Source: Macrostomum lignano
Taxonomy: Eukaryota
Assembly (NCBI GenBank): GCA_002269645.1
Contig: NIVC01000199.1
Span: 186,001-250,000 of the forward strand
Reading direction: 5' to 3'
Length of the DNA stretch: 64,000 bases
A model generated the notes under the pieces. The model did not search any database. It was given only the letters and a program-made list of their open reading frames with translations, and had not been told where the DNA came from. A program made the position numbers and the translations under genes. Positions 11,050-22,782 of this stretch are shown here, one piece after another. Each line of letters opens with the position of its first letter. Position 1 is the stretch's first letter.

Positions 11050-11815
11050 CTTAAAACTTCTCTGTTTTCTTCTCTCTCTTCTCTCCTCCTCTCGTGTCTC
11101 ACCTCTTCTCTCCTCCTCTCGTGTCTCATCTCTTCTCTCCTTGTTCTTCTCTCCTTTCTTTTCTCATCTATCATCTACATGAATTATTTCGTCCTCCTCC
11201 TTCGTCTCTTCCTTCCTCTCTCTCTGCTCTCATCTCTCCTCTGCTCTCTCATCTCCTCTCTGCTCTCATCTATTTTCTCTGCTTTCTTATCTCTCCTCTC
11301 TGCTCTTATCTCTGCTCTCTTATTTCTCCTCTCTGCTCTCTTATCTCTTATCTCTCCTCCTTCCTCTCTCAGCTCTTATCTCTTCTCCTCTCTCAGTGGC
11401 GCAGCCAGGGGGCGGGGGCCTGCCTCCTCTTGAGATGTACCCCCCCGAACTTCTGGAGAAAAAATCCCCCCCCCCGAATTTTTCGGCTTATCAGAACACT
11501 CCCTCTTGGTGCGGAATGTGCCCACCGAAATAAATTCCTGGCTTCGCCACTGTCCTCTATACTCTCTCCCCTCTCCTCTCTCTTCTCTTCTCTCATTCCT
11601 CTCTCTTCCTATTTTCTTCCCTCTTCTCTCCCCCGATCTCTCTTCTCTACTCTCTCCCTTCTTCTTTTTTCTCTTGTCTCTTCTCTCCTCTTTTTTCTCT
11701 TCGTCTCTGCTCTCTCATCTCTCATCTCTACTCTCTCCTCTCTTCTCTTCTCTCTACTCTCTCTAGTCTCTAGTCTTTCTCTTCTCTCCCCTCTTTCCCC
11801 TTTTCTTTCCTATCG
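11050..11815. repeat. low-complexity CT-rich tract
   Basis: Near-pure (TC/TCC/TCT)n; produces spurious Ser/Leu-rich ORFs. Confidence 0.9.
11394..11552. mobile_element. 159-bp MITE, hAT-like
   Basis: 16-bp TIR CAGTGGCGCAGCCAGG / CCTGGCTTCGCCACTG (1 mismatch); 8-bp flanking duplication TCCTCTCT / TCCTCTAT (weak evidence inside a CT tract). Confidence 0.75.
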
Positions 11816-12928
11816 ACTATCCGGCCTGGTGGAGGAATTCAGGACCGGCAGGCTCGTAGGCATCCGGTGGGCAGCTAACAAGATCGGCAGAGCCTGCGTG
11901 CCAGCTAGCATTAGCAAGTACTTCAGATTTCTCATGGCTGCAGACTTTCTGCTCTTGGTTTCAATTTTCAATCTCAAGCTTCAAAACTCAATGCAGAGTC
12001 TCCCCTTTGCCTCATAATGCAGACCATAATTTATACTCGCGCTTATCAATGGGTCCATAATCTTCGAGCGAATAATAGTTGAGTCCAGTGTGACGGCTTT
12101 ACCCGACCACACCCTCTGCCGAACGCAGCCCCACCATTGGCCGCATTGGTCTTCAGTGCAGAACTTCACAACTATTACCAATATCTCACCAGTATAGCAA
12201 ACTTTTACTATTGTTTAATTACATCACCGCTTACTATTCCTGTTGAGATTATCTCTCCTATAATATGATAATTTTACATTTATACTCCGTCACAAAATGT
12301 CTAACCTCAATAAAAAATGGGGAACAATATAGGGTCTAGAAGTCCGCAAGTAGGGTTTAGCAATCCGCTAATATAGGTCACATATAATAATAGGAACGCC
12401 AAAGCGAGGTGAGGTTAAGGAGTGCCATAAGTGAAAGTGAAAAGCTAAGGCGCATAAGTGAAACGATTAGAGATCAGTCAGTAGCGAGGACATAACTCTG
12501 ATAAGAATTTAACAGCCACCCTCCAATCCAGATACCAGGCCAAGCGAGTTGATATCAACGTCAGTCGAGTTACCGAGCAGAGCGAGTTACTGCTGACAGA
12601 CGAGGTCAACAGACGCACATGGAATTTGGCCGACTCGTGAAGGAGAAGCTGCATCTCATCCAACACTGCATGATGCCGCTTGGATCGGTGGTCTGATGTA
12701 CACAAAAGATCAGAAAATGGACTCCGGGCTCTCTCGAAGCACCCTCGCTATTTACTAGAACTTTTCTGTGGAATTCCATTATTTAGTCCCACAAATACTT
12801 GAAGTTTCATTCATTTGTGCTAAAGGCACGGAAGAACTGATTAGTAACCATGCAAGCTCGATGAATAAAGGAAGCTTGATTTTCCCGACCTGTGGGATTC
12901 ACCGGCCTAAAGGATAGGGCTGGGGGCG

Positions 12929-13445
12929 TCGACAAGGAGACAGAGCTGTCGACAAGGAGACAGGGGCGCCGACAAGGAGACAGGGGCTCCGACAAGGAGA
13001 CAGCGGCGCCGAGAAGGAGACAGGGGCGCCGAGAAGGAGACAGGGGCGCCGACAAGGAGACAGGGGCTCCGACAAGGAGACAGGGGCGCCGAGAAGGAGA
13101 CAGGGGCGCCGACAAGGAGACAGGGGCTCCGACAAGGAGACAGGGGCGCCGAGAAGGAGACAGGGGCGCCGACAAGGAGACAGGGGCTCCGACAAGGAAA
13201 CAGCGGCGCCGACAAGGAGACAGGGCTGTCGACAAGGAGACAGGGACGCCGACAAGGAGACAGGGCTGTCGACAAGGAGACAGGGCTGTCGACAAGGAGA
13301 CAGGGGAGATAGGGTCGCCGGCCAAGAGACAGGGCACCGGCCAAGAGACAGGGGCGCCGGCCAATTGAGACAGGGGCGCCGGCCAAGAGACAGGGGCGCC
13401 GGCCAATTGAGACAGGGGCGCCGGCCAAGAGACAGGGGCGCCCGT
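12929..13445. repeat. GC-rich 20-bp minisatellite (GACAAGGAGACAGGGGCGCC) grading into a variant unit (GGCCAAGAGACAGGGGCGCC)
   Basis: Directly visible tandem array. Confidence 0.95.
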
Positions 13446-14463
13446 CAAGACACTAAAGAGGGCTGCTGTAGCCGCTCCAATTAAAATTCCCGCGTACGCC
13501 ACCGGATTAAACAACATGAATCATCAAGTGTCGCATTTTAAGCTCCGTTGCAAAAATTGTATATTAAAATACAGTTATAGATGTAATAAAATATCAGAAG
13601 GTAATCTTCATCTGTCAGTTTATCAGCACTGACTTTCATAATCTGTCAGTTTATCAGCACTGACTCCCAAGTGTAGAAATAAATTACATAATATTACTGT
13701 AAGGCGTCAAAATGGAAACATGCAATGCAATATAATATATAATATCAACACAATACGAGTATCCGAGGTAAAGATCTTTAAAAGTTTTAAGGTTTGCATG
13801 TGATTTATTTTATACGACGCATTTTTTGGCTGTCTTGTTTTAGTTTTCAATTTTCCATCCCTAGCCAATCACAGGGAACTCCGCCTGCAGCTGATCGATC
13901 CTGATCGATTCATCCTATATCAAAAAGGTAGAATTAAAAATAAAAAAATGCTGTAAGAAAGTTCAATTCTGAAGTACATCAAGATTTCATTACATTATGC
14001 TCGTAGACTGCGGGGTACTTCATTTTCAGTTAGAAGCACAGATTCCCTGCATGAATTGCTTTCACCAATAAATTCATTTGAATCTTCAAATAAAAATACG
14101 AGTATCCAAGACCGAAAATGCCATTTAACACGCAGCTTGGACTCTCAATAAACATGGACTGCACCTTTAGTGCGTAACGCAAGAGAAGAACTGCAAATTA
14201 CAAGCATTTCCAACGATAGAATTTGAAACTTCTACTGCTTAAAAGCAAAACGTAAATTTTTTTTCTAGAAGCTAACTGCCTTGTACAGTAACGTACAGTA
14301 CACATGTATATCTACTAATCAACTATTTCAGAAAAGTACAATTTTATAAAGAATACAACAAGCACTTGTGTTGTCATTACTGAAAAAAACAAAAGGCGTT
14401 TTGACGGAGCCATTGCGACCCATCACAAAGTAGAATTCACAGTCCAACTCTTGTATGAGTTCA

Positions 14464-16451
14464 TCAGTCCCGCAGGAAAAGTACACCCCGAATGAAGGCT
14501 CTGCAGATGGGGCACGTCTTCAGCGACTTGGCGCACACTGAGCAGCAGGCCACGTGACCACAGTCCAGCAGCATGATGTTCACCTCCTTGTCCATGCACA
14601 CCTTGCACGTCTTCCAGTCGGTTGTGTCTCGGGTCTCGGCTGTTGGTTCAGAGACTCCCGAATCTGAGACATCCTGCTCTCGAAGAACGCCTCCGGGTCC
14701 TGCGACTGCTTGCGCATGCGGCGGCTCTCGGTGAGCATGAAGTCGAGGAACAGCTCCGATGTGGTAAAATCATCGCCTCGCTGTCTGAGATGCAGCTCTG
14801 TGAACAGTCTCACTTGCAGGGCGGAGAATCCGAGTTGAGTGAGCAGTCTCACAACGGGCAGGTCGGCTCTCGCTTTGATGTCTCTGGCCTCGACTCTGAA
14901 CTCGACTCCAGGTGTGACTGCGAGAGCCTCGTCTGCGCGACTGCTGCGGACTGCAGTAATGGCAGCGGACCCGTCGACAGCCGCAGCACCAGCTGATGCA
15001 GTTGATTCCGTCTGTACCAATGCAGTGTGATGCTGAGCAGAGGCGCCACAAGTCGGGTGCTGCACGGGAGGCGACAGTCGGTGCACTGCCTGTACAAAGT
15101 CGCTACCTCGCTCCAACAACACGTGAGGACACCGAGGTGACCACCTGGCGTGCTCAACCCACACATCATCGTCGCAGCTCCACTCGCTCATGCGAAGTCC
15201 GCAGCTGAAGCAGCAGGTCGCTCTCTCGGCTTCCGAGTAGAAGAAGCCCGCCTTTGCAAGCAAGTACACTGGCTGCTGAACGAGAGCCGAGTGCAGAGAC
15301 TGCGACCTCGCTTGGTAGGTCTCGAACTGTGCGTGTTTGGCAGTCACACTCGATGGATCACTCTCCAGACTGTGCTGTAGAGCGGACAGGTTCGTGAGAG
15401 CTCTCTCGGAGCACGCAGATCTCGCTACCTCACTCGACACTGGAAGCTGAGGACCCTTCATCATGTCGAAAGCAACCAGCTTATCGTCCACAACGCGTTC
15501 TTCATTCGTTCCAATAGTTGCGCGTGTCGCCAGCGCCCACTCGTTCAGTCCAGCGAACTCCATCGGTGGTAGCTCAGCGACCAGATTCATGCTCCAGTCT
15601 CCGTTCACCATCACTGCTGCATCATCTGCAGTCTGATCACTGCACTGCACTGCCTCTACCAGCTTTGCTGAACTCAAGACTCTTTTTGGCTCTCTGTGAT
15701 CTCGAGGCACGTTGCCGACCTCGACGAACAGCACGAACGGACAGGTGGAGAAGTGGCGTCTGTGAGCCTCTCGGACCTGCTCGCCCGCCTCCCAATCCTT
15801 GAGCACACCCTTGCAGAATGCACACTTTACTCTGTCCGACTCCTGCAGGTAGAAGAATCCGTCAGCAGCCAGATCCGTCACTGACACCAGGTGAGCCGCT
15901 GTGAAGCTGGCATCTGGCAGGTGGAAGGACTGCCACCTGTTCTCCTCTCGTCTCATGTCCCACAGGTGTTGTGGAATCGAGGCCGGCATTCCACTCGTGT
16001 CCCATTGCTGATTGCGGAAGTCCAGAGTCTGCGGCACGGAGGACGCTCTGCCACCAGGTGTGCTGTTGTTGTAGTACCGCAGCACCTTGCTCTTGCCTGT
16101 TTGGTTTCGAATCGCTGCATTGAGGTGTTCATGAAATCTTCTGCTACCCTTTAGTGCGTAATCAACTACAATTTTTTGAAGCTCAAGTAAGAGATCCGGC
16201 TTTTTGTTTCCTTCAACGGCTTGTTTGGCGATTGTGTACGTTATTGTCTTTCTGTGTTCGTCAACCACTTGCAGGCTGGTTATTTCTTGGAAGAACTGAA
16301 AAATGGTTTCTCGTCTGCTCTCTGATGCGGCGTTTCTTTGATTTGAAGTCAGATTTTGAAGCCAGCGCTCGGTGTTCAGAATGGAATTCTGTGATCTCCA
16401 TTGAGCCAGTGTAGTTGATGGCCTTCGAAAGTGTTCTGCTGCATGAGAGGT
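14464..16451 (-). pseudogene. IAP copy 2; 1-bp deletion just before the RING and no in-frame ATG in its unique 5' part (pseudogene, assembly error or spliced 5' end)
   Basis: Core near-identical to copies 1 and 3; GACCCGAGA versus GACCCCGAGA at ~14632 shifts the RING into another frame (stop at 14464-14466). The frame is open back to 16451; the ORF-track start at 16268 is GTG. Confidence 0.85.
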
Positions 16452-17789
16452 TTATTTTGTGGAAATAATTTAATTTAAAAGCTGATCGACAGTGGCAAAA
16501 GTTTTTTAAACGTTTCAATAAAGTAAAAATTGAATGAAATTACCTGCGTTTCGGCGTCGATGCCTTTGCTGTCCGACGTTAGCAATTATAACAAGTGACA
16601 GACTGTTGCTTTAAATATCGATATTAAACCGCTTTTGGCTTGCTTATTTCGACTTTCTGTGATATGAATATTGTCGCCTGTCCATACCCCGGTATACTCG
16701 TATGTACGTGTATATATACTATTTTAAGCTGGAGCTTAAAACGTACCCCGCAATAATGCACTAGCTAAAAATAGCTATTACAAACTATCTAAATATACTA
16801 AATCTTATATTCTATTTATGGAACGAACCAGTTTATTTCCAGTTGCAAATTAACAATAGCTGTTGCGTTGCAATGAGCAGTGAAAGATGGTCAATTATGA
16901 AACGTATTTATTAGTGACGCATAGAGGCTTTTTTAGTTCGTTCTTTTACTTTTTTAGCTTCTTACGAAATATGATAACAATTATAATAGTCATTGATGCA
17001 GAAAACATTGATGCAACTATAATTACTCAACAAAGCTGCTCCCTACCAGACCTGTAAAATTTTTACATTTCACAGCCATTTTTAAAGAAAAAATTCACGA
17101 TGCCTCTTTTCAGCTTGTCTTATAGTTGGAGAACTTTTTGTTTGTTGGTTAGGGATAAAAATGATGGATAATCGCAAGGGGATGCCTGGGCTATAAGCTA
17201 GATGTGACACCACCTCCCAACCCCAGCTATTGCAGCTCCTGAGCTTTCAAGTTCTCCAATTTAAGTTACTTTATGTACAAATTTCATCACTTGGCTGTTT
17301 TAAATAGAGGAAAAAATAGTAAGGGCTTGTCAAGTGTCAGCTTCGAGCGTATTAATTTTGGTTTGTTTTACTTGTTTTCCGTTCTGAGAAACCAACCCTG
17401 GACCGGCCGTTTCCGTTTCCGCCGAGACAGGTGCGCATTGCGTCCTAATGTGAATCATATAATACCAAAATGTATTACCTAAATGTCTCTTGCATCTTGC
17501 GTTAAACCCACCGGTGTAGATGCCAATGAGGCTGGCGACGTTGATAGATATGCAGTATTTTGTTTATCTAGGTGTTTGGTTTATTTGCATTTTTTGTACC
17601 ACCCGCAGGCTTCAAATCAAGCCAGAATGCCGACGCAGCAGAGCAGAAGCCAAGCGAATAAATAAGGTCACCAACCCTTTCCACCCCCTCCAGCAAGACA
17701 GGTCTGGTAGGTGCCCCCGTCAGATAAAACAGGTTACAGAACCGGTAATAACCGGCCCCGAAATTAAAGTCACTTGTATTTTGTTTAGC

Positions 17790-17889
17790 ATATTTTATTA
17801 TATCTTTAGCAGGTTAAATTTCTCTAATCGATCACATAGATTGATAGATAGATAGATAGACACAGACAGACCATTTTTAGTATATAGGA
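17790..17889 (-). mobile_element. Helitron-type 5' terminus
   Basis: Reverse complement reads A|TCCTATATACTAAAAATGGTCTGTC.. plus (CTAT)n, matching 2576-2640 and 25171-25210. Confidence 0.6.
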
Positions 17890-18234
17890 TTTCTGCTGAA
17901 TGAGTTTAAAAGCAATATACACTCAGCAATATGTTAAAGTTTCCACCCCAAAACTAGTGGTCAACTTTCCCCAGATCTCAGCCCCAAATGACGCAATTCA
18001 CACCACGTCCGCAGGCTCGTATGGGCTGATTTCGCAATCAAGCTGATATGAATAAAAATAAACTGATATTAGTGTATTATCAATGATAATATTAAGAATT
18101 AATTCCATCCAATTCATTAATTAATTTAATATTCAACTGATGAAAAATTCAGTCCACCACTGAATGACCACTGGCTTCGGGGTGGAAACTTTAGCATGTT
18201 GCTGAGTGTACATGTACTCTCGTAGGGGGCTTGA

Positions 18235-19265
18235 CTGGGTGGCTGCGGATCGCTCTTCCGATGTCAACCGGCGTCGCGTGGGCGACGTCAACCGGAGAGG
18301 CGGCTCAGCGTGCTTGGCTACGCCGACGAATTCGCCCTGCTGTTCTTAAGTGTCGAGGGCGCTCAGTGACAACTGGACAAGCTAGTTGCTGTTGTGGCGA
18401 GTGTCAGCCACTTGATCAACACGCAGAAAACCGTCGTGCTCTCGTGCTCCGCGTGCCGGATGACATCGAGGCTGCGATTTTGTGCCGAAGCACTGTTGGA
18501 CAGGCGGCAGAGCTTCCGCGTTGTCAGCAGTTCGTCTACCTCGGCGGTCTGGTTTCCGTCGTCCGCGAAGATTTGCCGCGTCGCCGCGGGCTTGCCTGGG
18601 CTGCCTTTCGTTCTGTGAGGGCAGTCCTGCAGTACCTGACCGCCAGAGGGCGGCGTTGTTTTAGGCGGTGATCGAGACCGTCCTGTTATACAACGCCGAG
18701 AACTGGACGCTGACGGAGTCGATCGAGCAGCAAGTTGACGCGGCGCACGCTTGCCTGCTGCGTGCCGCCTTCAAGATCGGCTACAAGCGAGTGACCAACG
18801 CGGCTTTGTATCGCCGCGCCAGTTTATTCCGTCCAAGCGACCTGTTGCGCCGCCGGCGACTCCAGCTGTCAGGCCACATCCGCGCCGAGTCGTACTGCGC
18901 ACAGCCGGTGCAGGAAATGAGAAACACCGTGCTGATGGGCGAGGACAGCCCCCCGAGACGGCCGGTAGGACGGGCCATGGGTGACTGTAATCTGCTACTC
19001 GGGTGAGTGTGGCCGGAAAAATTGGCCCGAGGGTTGACCTCGAGACACAGCCCCCGCGTGAAGGGTGTATCGTTGGCATGCAGCCGGTGCAGGAGGTGCT
19101 GCTGATAACGCTGCAGGCACCCTACCGATGGGGACAGGTGCGCGCTCTGCCTGCTTGCTGACGCCGGCGCCCCGGATTCGGCCGGCGTTTGTGGTGTTCG
19201 TTCGCGACCTGGCCTTGAGACGCGCCTTGAGACGCTAACAGAGTATTTTGTGGTCTTTGTTGTCA
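18235..19265 (+). mobile_element. degraded RTE-type LINE 3' fragment containing a 165-bp insertion
   Basis: LGYADE (YADD-like RT motif), IETVLLYNAENWTLT, several frameshifts, degenerate TTG tail; homologous to 8770-9329. Confidence 0.85.
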
Positions 19266-19284
19266 TTCATATAGACATATAATA

Positions 19285-19545
19285 ATAATGGAGGGCGGTT
19301 ATTGGCCCGAACGCAACGACACCGTCTCACAACCAGCGCTGAAGCAATTCAGCCCATTCCACTGACTCCTGAGCATACAAGTGCGCTAATACTGTACGCA
19401 GACACGCACTCATAGACACGCTCACACAGGGTGTACAGCCGCTCTGACTTTCTAATCGCCAGACATGTACACTCACTGTGCCTCGGAGTTGAGCCTCGTG
19501 GCGCGAGAGTCAGATGCATTTACCACTGAGCTGATCTGCACCTAA
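19285..19545 (-). mobile_element. tRNA-derived SINE, family B
   Basis: On - strand: A-box-like CAGCTCAGTGG and B-box-like GGCTCAACTCC; body GTGTACATG..CTGTACAC..GCTCAGG..GGAATGGG shared with 35150-35495 and 62760-63115; (ATT)n tail. Confidence 0.7.
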
Positions 19546-19547
19546 AC

Positions 19548-19643
19548 CGATAATAAATAATAATAATTGATTACACCTGCCCCGAAATCGAACCCCCGAC
19601 CTTCAAGTCGTGAGTCCGACGCTAACCATTAGGCCCCCATCCA
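19548..19643 (-). mobile_element. short tRNA-derived SINE head with (TTA)n tail
   Basis: Reverse complement GGGGCCTAATGGTTAGCGTCGGAC..TTGAAGGTCGGGGGTTCGATTTC, resembling the head of the SINEs at 37902 and 53542. Confidence 0.6.
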
Positions 19644-19778
19644 GAGAGGTATACTAAGAAAAAAATACTTAAAAAAAGAAAACAACGTTAGCAGACAAAC
19701 AAACCATTTCTAATAACTTGTTCCGGTTGTACCAACTAAACCTGCTCGTAAAGATGAAATAATGACAGATAACGCTGA

Positions 19779-20223
19779 TCTGTCCGAATCCAATGCTGTT
19801 CTGTCCGAATCCTATGCAGATCTGTCCGAATCCAATGCAGATCTGTCCGAATCCAATGCAGATCTGTCCGAATCCAATGCAGATCTGTCCGAATCCAATG
19901 CAGATCTGTCCGAATCCAATGCAGATCTGGCCGAATCCAATGTCCGAATCCAGTGCAGATCTGTCCGAATCCAATGTCCGAATCCAGTGCAGATCTGTCC
20001 GAATCCAATGCAGATCTGTCCGAATCCAATGCAGATCTGTCCGAATCCAATGCAGATCTGTCCGAATCCAATGCAGATCTGTCCGAATCCAATGCAGATC
20101 TGTCCGAATCCAATGCAGATCTGTCCGAATCCAATGCAGATCTGTCCGAATCCAATGCAGATCTGGCCGAATCCAATGCAGATCTGTCCGAATCCAATGC
20201 AGATCTGTCCGAATCCAATGCAG
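19779..20223 (+). repeat. 21-bp minisatellite (TGCAGATCTGTCCGAATCCAA)
   Basis: Tandem array; same unit as 26008-26350 (reverse). Confidence 0.96.
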
Positions 20224-20515
20224 ATCGGCGGCAATCGAGTAACCGAGTGCCAGCTCGAAGTCTTCCTGCGCCCCTGCATCGTCAACGGAGTCCGCTGCCC
20301 GCCGGATGGCTCGATGAGCTTTGAAAATATAGCGAATTACGAGCTACATGGAGAGCACCAAGATGTTCTCCAGAGCACTCGCTGGCGAGCTGCCCAGGGA
20401 ATGTGACTGCGAAGACACCTGCGAGACTTGCAACCGTCGCTGCATGTACGCCATGATGAAGGTGCTCGTTCTCGAGTACAACGTCCCGGTCAGAATTCAT
20501 GTTTACGAGTCTTAA
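20224..20515 (+). pseudogene. frameshifted paralog of exon 2 of the secreted Cys-rich protein gene at 25575-26423
   Basis: GGNRVTECQLEVFLRPCIVNGVRCPPDGS, then a net +7 nt shift at ~20320-20347, then MESTKMFSRALAGELPRECDCEDTCETCNRRCMYAMMKVLVLEYNVPV; no signal-peptide exon found upstream. Confidence 0.8.
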
Positions 20516-21564
20516 ATGTGTTCACAAATAACTCACAGCTTGTTAGTTCATCGATCATTGAGTTCAACCGCTGAAGCGTTTTGTGGTACTTGCTTGGTAG
20601 TTGCCATAAAGAGAGGATCGAGAAAAGCGGGAAAACGCGGTACGCCGTCTAAAAAAGAAATACCTTCATTGCCTAAAATAGCCTATGTGAAAGCAGTACT
20701 CCGAGAAATAATCATGTGACAAGCGTCAAGCCAAGATTATTTATAGCTTTACAGCCCTAGCTTTAATTCAGGTTTTTATAGTTCATGCAAACAGCGAGTG
20801 TCGATCTTCCAGCGCACACTGTTTATCTTGTGCAGAGCTCCCCCGGCTTTTCCATGACTAGTGTACTGTACTGCATTGTACTCGCGTGATAAAAATAACT
20901 GGCGGCTTTCCCATGAGTAAGTGTACGTTAATACGGCAGTGTAATTCACGAGATAAAAATAGCGCTGAAACTCAGGAAATTTCTTGAAGGTTCCATCAGA
21001 TTGCTCCGATTTAAACATATATAAATAACGAGCAAAAACTGGACTGTATTAAAGAATTATAATTCTAGCAGAATTACTAGATTTACAATCCGCTGGATTT
21101 AACGGAAAGTCGCCAACTCTATTTTATCTCATCGACTAAATCGTTACCTTGTAGTGGTAAGTGCTTAAAGCGTGTCTTATTCTTTGCTAAGATCATATTT
21201 ATCCGCTGTGAGGTCCCTAGATAGGCCACTCATTCAATGCTTTAGATGCCATAAACTCTGATGTGAGCTGGATTTATGGTCGAGACTAACTGAAATTTGT
21301 TATTTTTTCAGTTTTAGAGCCGCGGAATGTGTCCAGAACCGTTTGAAGGACCACAGCGGTTAAGCCAAGTAATTTTTTGACTAAGCATTGTGAACCATAC
21401 TGTTTTTAAGCTATACTTGGAACTGCATAAATTAGAGTAAAAATTTATTTTTACCGGCTGGCATTTATTGAGCCACTACTTTCCAAAACGTGCAGTTTTA
21501 CAGCGTCGTAACATCATACCACTGAAATTTCAAAACGAAAACCCAAATTGTTAGTACACTTCAT

Positions 21565-21800
21565 ATACCCAAATTTACACATACCCGAAATTTCACATAC
21601 CCAAATTTTCACATACCCAAATTTCACATACCCAAATTTTCACATACCCAAATTTTCACATACCCAAATTTTCACATACCCAAATTTTCACATACCCAAA
21701 TTTTCACATACCCAAATTTTCACATACCCAAATTTTCACATACCCAAATTTTCACATACCCAAATTTTCACATACCCGAAATTTCACATAGCAAAAGTTC
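21565..21800. repeat. 16-bp minisatellite (TTTTCACATACCCAAA)
   Basis: Directly visible tandem array. Confidence 0.95.
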
Positions 21801-22782
21801 ACATACTTAGAAGTTTACGTCGAATTGCACAATGTCGAAATAACCTTTAGAGATAAGACTATAAACTAGAATTTTAAAATAGGTAATTTCCCTAATTTCA
21901 CACTTTGCTCTTTCCGTAATTTCTATACTCACTTATCTGGATACGAAGGTCCTGTGTGATAACCTGATATTGTTAGGATAGTCTCCAAATCTGCTGGAAA
22001 TGTTATTTTTCAGCTGATATTATGGGAATTATAAAACTTCTGCCCAACCTTAATTAAATATTGAATACTAGGTCCGGGAGCTCAGCTAGGATGTGCAATT
22101 TTCTGTTTAAGAAATGAAACAAAATGGATGACTGCTGGTAATAAGTGTCCTAAGTGTAAGTGTGGTCTTCTAAGTGTAAATTCGACGTTGTGAAATTTTA
22201 GAGTTGTGAAACCAACTGTCGCTGTATTATAACAAAACGTAAAAATCAAAGATGGAGTAATTTTTAGAAAGCCAATTTCCAGGAGAAATACACTGCGGAG
22301 ATTGGAAAAATTTATTTTTTCCATAAAAAAATCAATAAATGCATTTGATATGGGTCAGTGAAGATTACCCCTTCTTCAATTGCACAGCAACAATATAAAA
22401 CACAATATTCACCTGTTTCCATGCTAAATTAAAGGAATGGTAATCTCAACTGGCCTGAATCAAATGCAAATATTGATATTGTAACGAAAAAATGATTTTT
22501 CGTGGAAATCGGCCTCCTAAAAACCTACCAGATTTATGAGTTTTACGTCCTGGTATACTACAGTGTTCGTTTTGTAAAACTTCGGAGTTGAAAGTAAAGT
22601 TCACATTTCGCTGATATAAGATACTTTCCTTAGATTTATAACAGTCTAGCACTCTCTAATGGCAAATATTTAGGCCTCTAGTTATCTTTTGCCATAAAGA
22701 ACGCCCATTACGAGCGTAAATAAGGATCTGTAGATAAACAAAGTTACATGAATTTCTAATCTACTAATGTTTTAGCCAAAAA

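Noticed and set aside
11094-12017. 307-aa Ser/Leu-rich ORF and similar ORFs at 58.7-59.1 kb and 61.6-61.9 kb
   Set aside because: Products of CT-rich low-complexity DNA
14440-14470. CTGATGA plus an ACTC/GAGT stem at the IAP stop codons as a hammerhead
   Set aside because: Followed by TGGAC rather than GAAA, and the stem is not conserved in copies 3 and 4
18160-18215. Hammerhead-ribozyme-like CTGAATGA..stem..GAAAC upstream of the RTE fragment
   Set aside because: The core has an extra base, and I could not form stems I and III around a valid NUH site
19570-19643. Functional tRNA genes here and at 668, 26790, 37902 and 53542
   Set aside because: Pol III boxes are present, but there is no complete acceptor stem or cloverleaf and they run into SINE bodies or simple tails
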